NCBI GenBank assembly: GCA_043805735.1
Contig: JAZDHS010000034.1
Location: 1-49,126, forward strand
DNA length: 49,126 bases
From: Candidatus Omnitrophota bacterium
GTDB lineage: Bacteria > Omnitrophota > Gorgyraeia > JAFGHF01
Direction: 5' to 3'
In this document: one piece after another, positions 47,122 through 49,126 of the stretch
How the letters are laid out: each line of letters starts with the position of its first letter
Numbering within the stretch: position 1 is the first letter of the stretch
The notes under the pieces: generated by a model
What the model saw: only the letters and a program-made list of their open reading frames with translations
What the model was told of the DNA's origin: nothing
Database searches by the model: none
Translations under genes and position numbers: made by a program

Positions 47122-47624
47122 GGTTTTAAAAAGCGGATAATTTCCCGGCAAAACGCCGGCAGGTCATCAGGCTTACGGGAAGTAATCAGATTGCCATCAA
47201 CGACTACTTCCTGGTCGGTGAATTTCGCGCCGGCATTAATTAAATCGTCTTTAATGGCAAAAAAGGCGGTGGCCTTTTTCCCTTTTAAAACCCCCGCGGA
47301 GACGAGCACCCATCCGCCATGGCAAATAGCGGCCACCAGTTTTCCGGACTGAAAGAGTTGTTTTACAAAATCATTGATTTCGGGATAGCGCCTTAAAAAA
47401 TCGGGGGCAAAACCTCCGGGAATGATTACCCCGTCAAAATCAGCAGGCTTGGCCTTTTTAATGGAGAGTTCTTCTTCGGCCGGATATCCTTCCTTGCTCT
47501 CATATTCTTTTTTTCTACCCGGCCCGACCAATACAGTATCAATACCCTCTTCGCGTAGGCGCAAATAGGGGTACCACACCTCTAGCACCTGGTACTTGTC
47601 TTCAACTAATACCGCTACCTTCAT
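47118..47624 (-). CDS. PfpI/DJ-1 family protein
   Basis: [29 protein letters not shown]; ATG at 47624. Confidence 0.92.
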   Translation of the reverse strand: MKVAVLVEDKYQVLEVWYPYLRLREEGIDTVLVGPGRKKEYESKEGYPAEEELSIKKAKPADFDGVIIPGGFAPDFLRRYPEINDFVKQLFQSGKLVAAICHGGWVLVSAGVLKGKKATAFFAIKDDLINAGAKFTDQEVVVDGNLITSRKPDDLPAFCREIIRFLKP

Positions 47625-47755
47625 CGCACTACCTGCGCAATCTTTTTCATCGGCTGGCCGCAGCAAACTAGTTCGCCGCCGCCGACCTTGGTCACTTTTA
47701 CTTCGTTGCCGCAGATATCACAATGATATTGTTCACCTACTTTTTTAACGTTCAT
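47621..47755 (-). CDS. Desulforedoxin-like protein (44 aa), not in the ORF track
   Basis: [44 protein letters not shown] with CxxC...CC; RBS AGGAAGG. Confidence 0.9.
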   Translation of the reverse strand: MNVKKVGEQYHCDICGNEVKVTKVGGGELVCCGQPMKKIAQVVR

Positions 47756-47783
47756 TACCCGCCTTCCTTTCAAATAACCATAC

Positions 47784-48200
47784 TTATTTAATAAAATCCA
47801 TATAGATCGCCAAAGCCAGTGCTATTCCCGAGAGCGCGAAGATAAAAAAGTAATTAATCTTTTCTTTATTCGAGCTTAGGCCGCATAAGATTGCGCCAAC
47901 GAGTGAATAATCTTCGGCGCTTAAGCTTTCGCGGGCATTAATCTTCTGAACCAGATTACGCTCGGCGATGCTTTTTGCGCGCGCCTCGGTCACGGCAAAC
48001 TTATAGACAAAGAAGATAAAAAAACCGACCACCCCGACATACCAGGCAATCTTGCCGTAAAGCGGGTCTAAGTTAATCAAGACAGTGACCACGCGAATCG
48101 CTACGGTAGCAATCAGCCCAATAATAAAAAATACCCACGAGGCAAAGGAATCCCGGCAATTTTTGTATTGTGGGCAATTGACGCACTTTTTATTTCCCAT
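47784..48200 (-). CDS. Hypothetical 3-TM membrane protein with N-terminal CxxCx5C
   Basis: [15 protein letters not shown] followed by three hydrophobic helices. Confidence 0.75.
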   Translation of the reverse strand: MGNKKCVNCPQYKNCRDSFASWVFFIIGLIATVAIRVVTVLINLDPLYGKIAWYVGVVGFFIFFVYKFAVTEARAKSIAERNLVQKINARESLSAEDYSLVGAILCGLSSNKEKINYFFIFALSGIALALAIYMDFIK

Positions 48201-48213
48201 TATCGCGCCCCTG

Positions 48214-48876
48214 CTACTGGATAATTTCTTTCAGTTGTTCTATGCGCTCGATGATATAGTCGGGCTGAGCCTTAAGAATATCCTCTTTTTTACCGATGCC
48301 GTAGGTCGCCCCACAGGTAGCAATACCGGCTTTTTTACCGGCGAGAATATCCAAGTCCATATCACCAACGATTATTGCCCGGTTTTTATCAACACTAAAT
48401 TGAAGCAGCGCCTCATTCAGCGGGCAGGAGCTCGGCTTTAAACAGCCGATGTTATCTCCGCCAATTACTTTAGCAAAGTAATGGTCAATATCCAAGGCTT
48501 CAAGCGTAAGCTCAATAAACTCTTTCTGCTTATTGGAGACCATGACTATTGTTTTATCTTTAAAGTGTTCCAGCGTCTCTTTAACGCCGGGGTAAAGCTT
48601 GGTATTATCTAAAAAGTGTTTGCGATAGAATTGTTTATATACCTCTAAAGCTTGGTCAAAATCGACGCTCCCGGAGCGGCTGCCCAGGGCCTGTTTGATT
48701 AAGTTTTCCAGCCCCGCGCCGATAAAATTAAAGATCTCCGCGATTGGTTTTTCTTTGAGCCCGAGCTTGCGCAAGGTAAAGTTTACGGCATTGGCGATAT
48801 CGATCCGCGAATCTACCAGCGTCCCGTCTAAGTCAAAGAACAATAGGCTAACCGCAGGCGTTTTCGGCTTATTCAA
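48214..48876 (-). CDS. HAD phosphatase (phosphoglycolate phosphatase-like)
   Basis: FDLDGTLVDS, VSNK, KP, VGD..LDI.AG. Confidence 0.88.
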   Translation of the reverse strand: MNKPKTPAVSLLFFDLDGTLVDSRIDIANAVNFTLRKLGLKEKPIAEIFNFIGAGLENLIKQALGSRSGSVDFDQALEVYKQFYRKHFLDNTKLYPGVKETLEHFKDKTIVMVSNKQKEFIELTLEALDIDHYFAKVIGGDNIGCLKPSSCPLNEALLQFSVDKNRAIIVGDMDLDILAGKKAGIATCGATYGIGKKEDILKAQPDYIIERIEQLKEIIQ

Positions 48877-49126
48877 CGAAAAGCTCCTGGGCGTTTTCCC
48901 ATAGGCCGTGAATGTTACAATAAGAACCGGCTAAAAGCGTCCCCGGCTTATCGGTCTTGAGGCTAAAAGTCGCCTGCGGCTGTGTAAAGACGCTGCTGGT
49001 ATTTGGCCCTTGCGTGGATTCACCATGGGCATTGAACTCGGCGCGCCCAATCTGACAAGGGAATTTCTCGCCCTGAGGCAGAAAATAAAGCTCAATATAG
49101 CGAATATGGTGTTCGGTGGTATTAGG
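48869..49126 (-). CDS. 1Fe superoxide reductase (neelaredoxin / class II SORL), C-terminal part
   Basis: Read manually: PNTTEHHIRYIELYF...SYCNIHGLWE; runs off the right edge. Confidence 0.9.
   Translation of the reverse strand, partial: PNTTEHHIRYIELYFLPQGEKFPCQIGRAEFNAHGESTQGPNTSSVFTQPQATFSLKTDKPGTLLAGSYCNIHGLWENAQELFVE

Overview
This is an anaerobic bacterial chromosomal region, almost entirely on the minus strand; gene content suggests Omnitrophota, which is an inference only. It has five blocks. (1) 1-20.2 kb: one apparent operon, purH-folE-(short MesB-like Met synthase)-fhs-orf-fchA-metF-folD-cooC-cooS-cooF-FNOR-acsB-acsC-orf-acsV-cooC2-acsD-acsE. It covers the Wood-Ljungdahl pathway except formate dehydrogenase and is headed by a sigma70 promoter, a ZMP/ZTP-riboswitch-like aptamer and an overlapping terminator. 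(2) 20.2-23.5 kb: NifU-domain protein, DsbD_2-type membrane protein, yggS, suhB, a 53-aa Cys-rich ORF missed by the ORF track, and def. (3) 23.5-41.1 kb: a Rex-led operon with tandem Rex boxes. It encodes an AsrA/AsrB(HydB/HydG)-like NAD(P)H module, a group 4 membrane-bound [NiFe] hydrogenase with an Mrp antiporter module, a reduced maturation set (truncated HypA and HypF, no HypB) and a His-rich Ni transporter. (4) 41-46 kb: mnmA, cysK and an AT-rich insert (flavodoxin remnant, HigBA-like toxin-antitoxin pair, PDO/TrxB). (5) 46-49.1 kb: an oxidative-stress cluster (rubrerythrin, PfpI, desulforedoxin, superoxide reductase). Two ~123-bp MITE-like elements with 13-bp terminal inverted repeats and 4-bp target duplications sit at the start codons of cooS and suhB and rebuild an RBS plus GTG start. 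No rRNA, tRNA or CRISPR array was seen.
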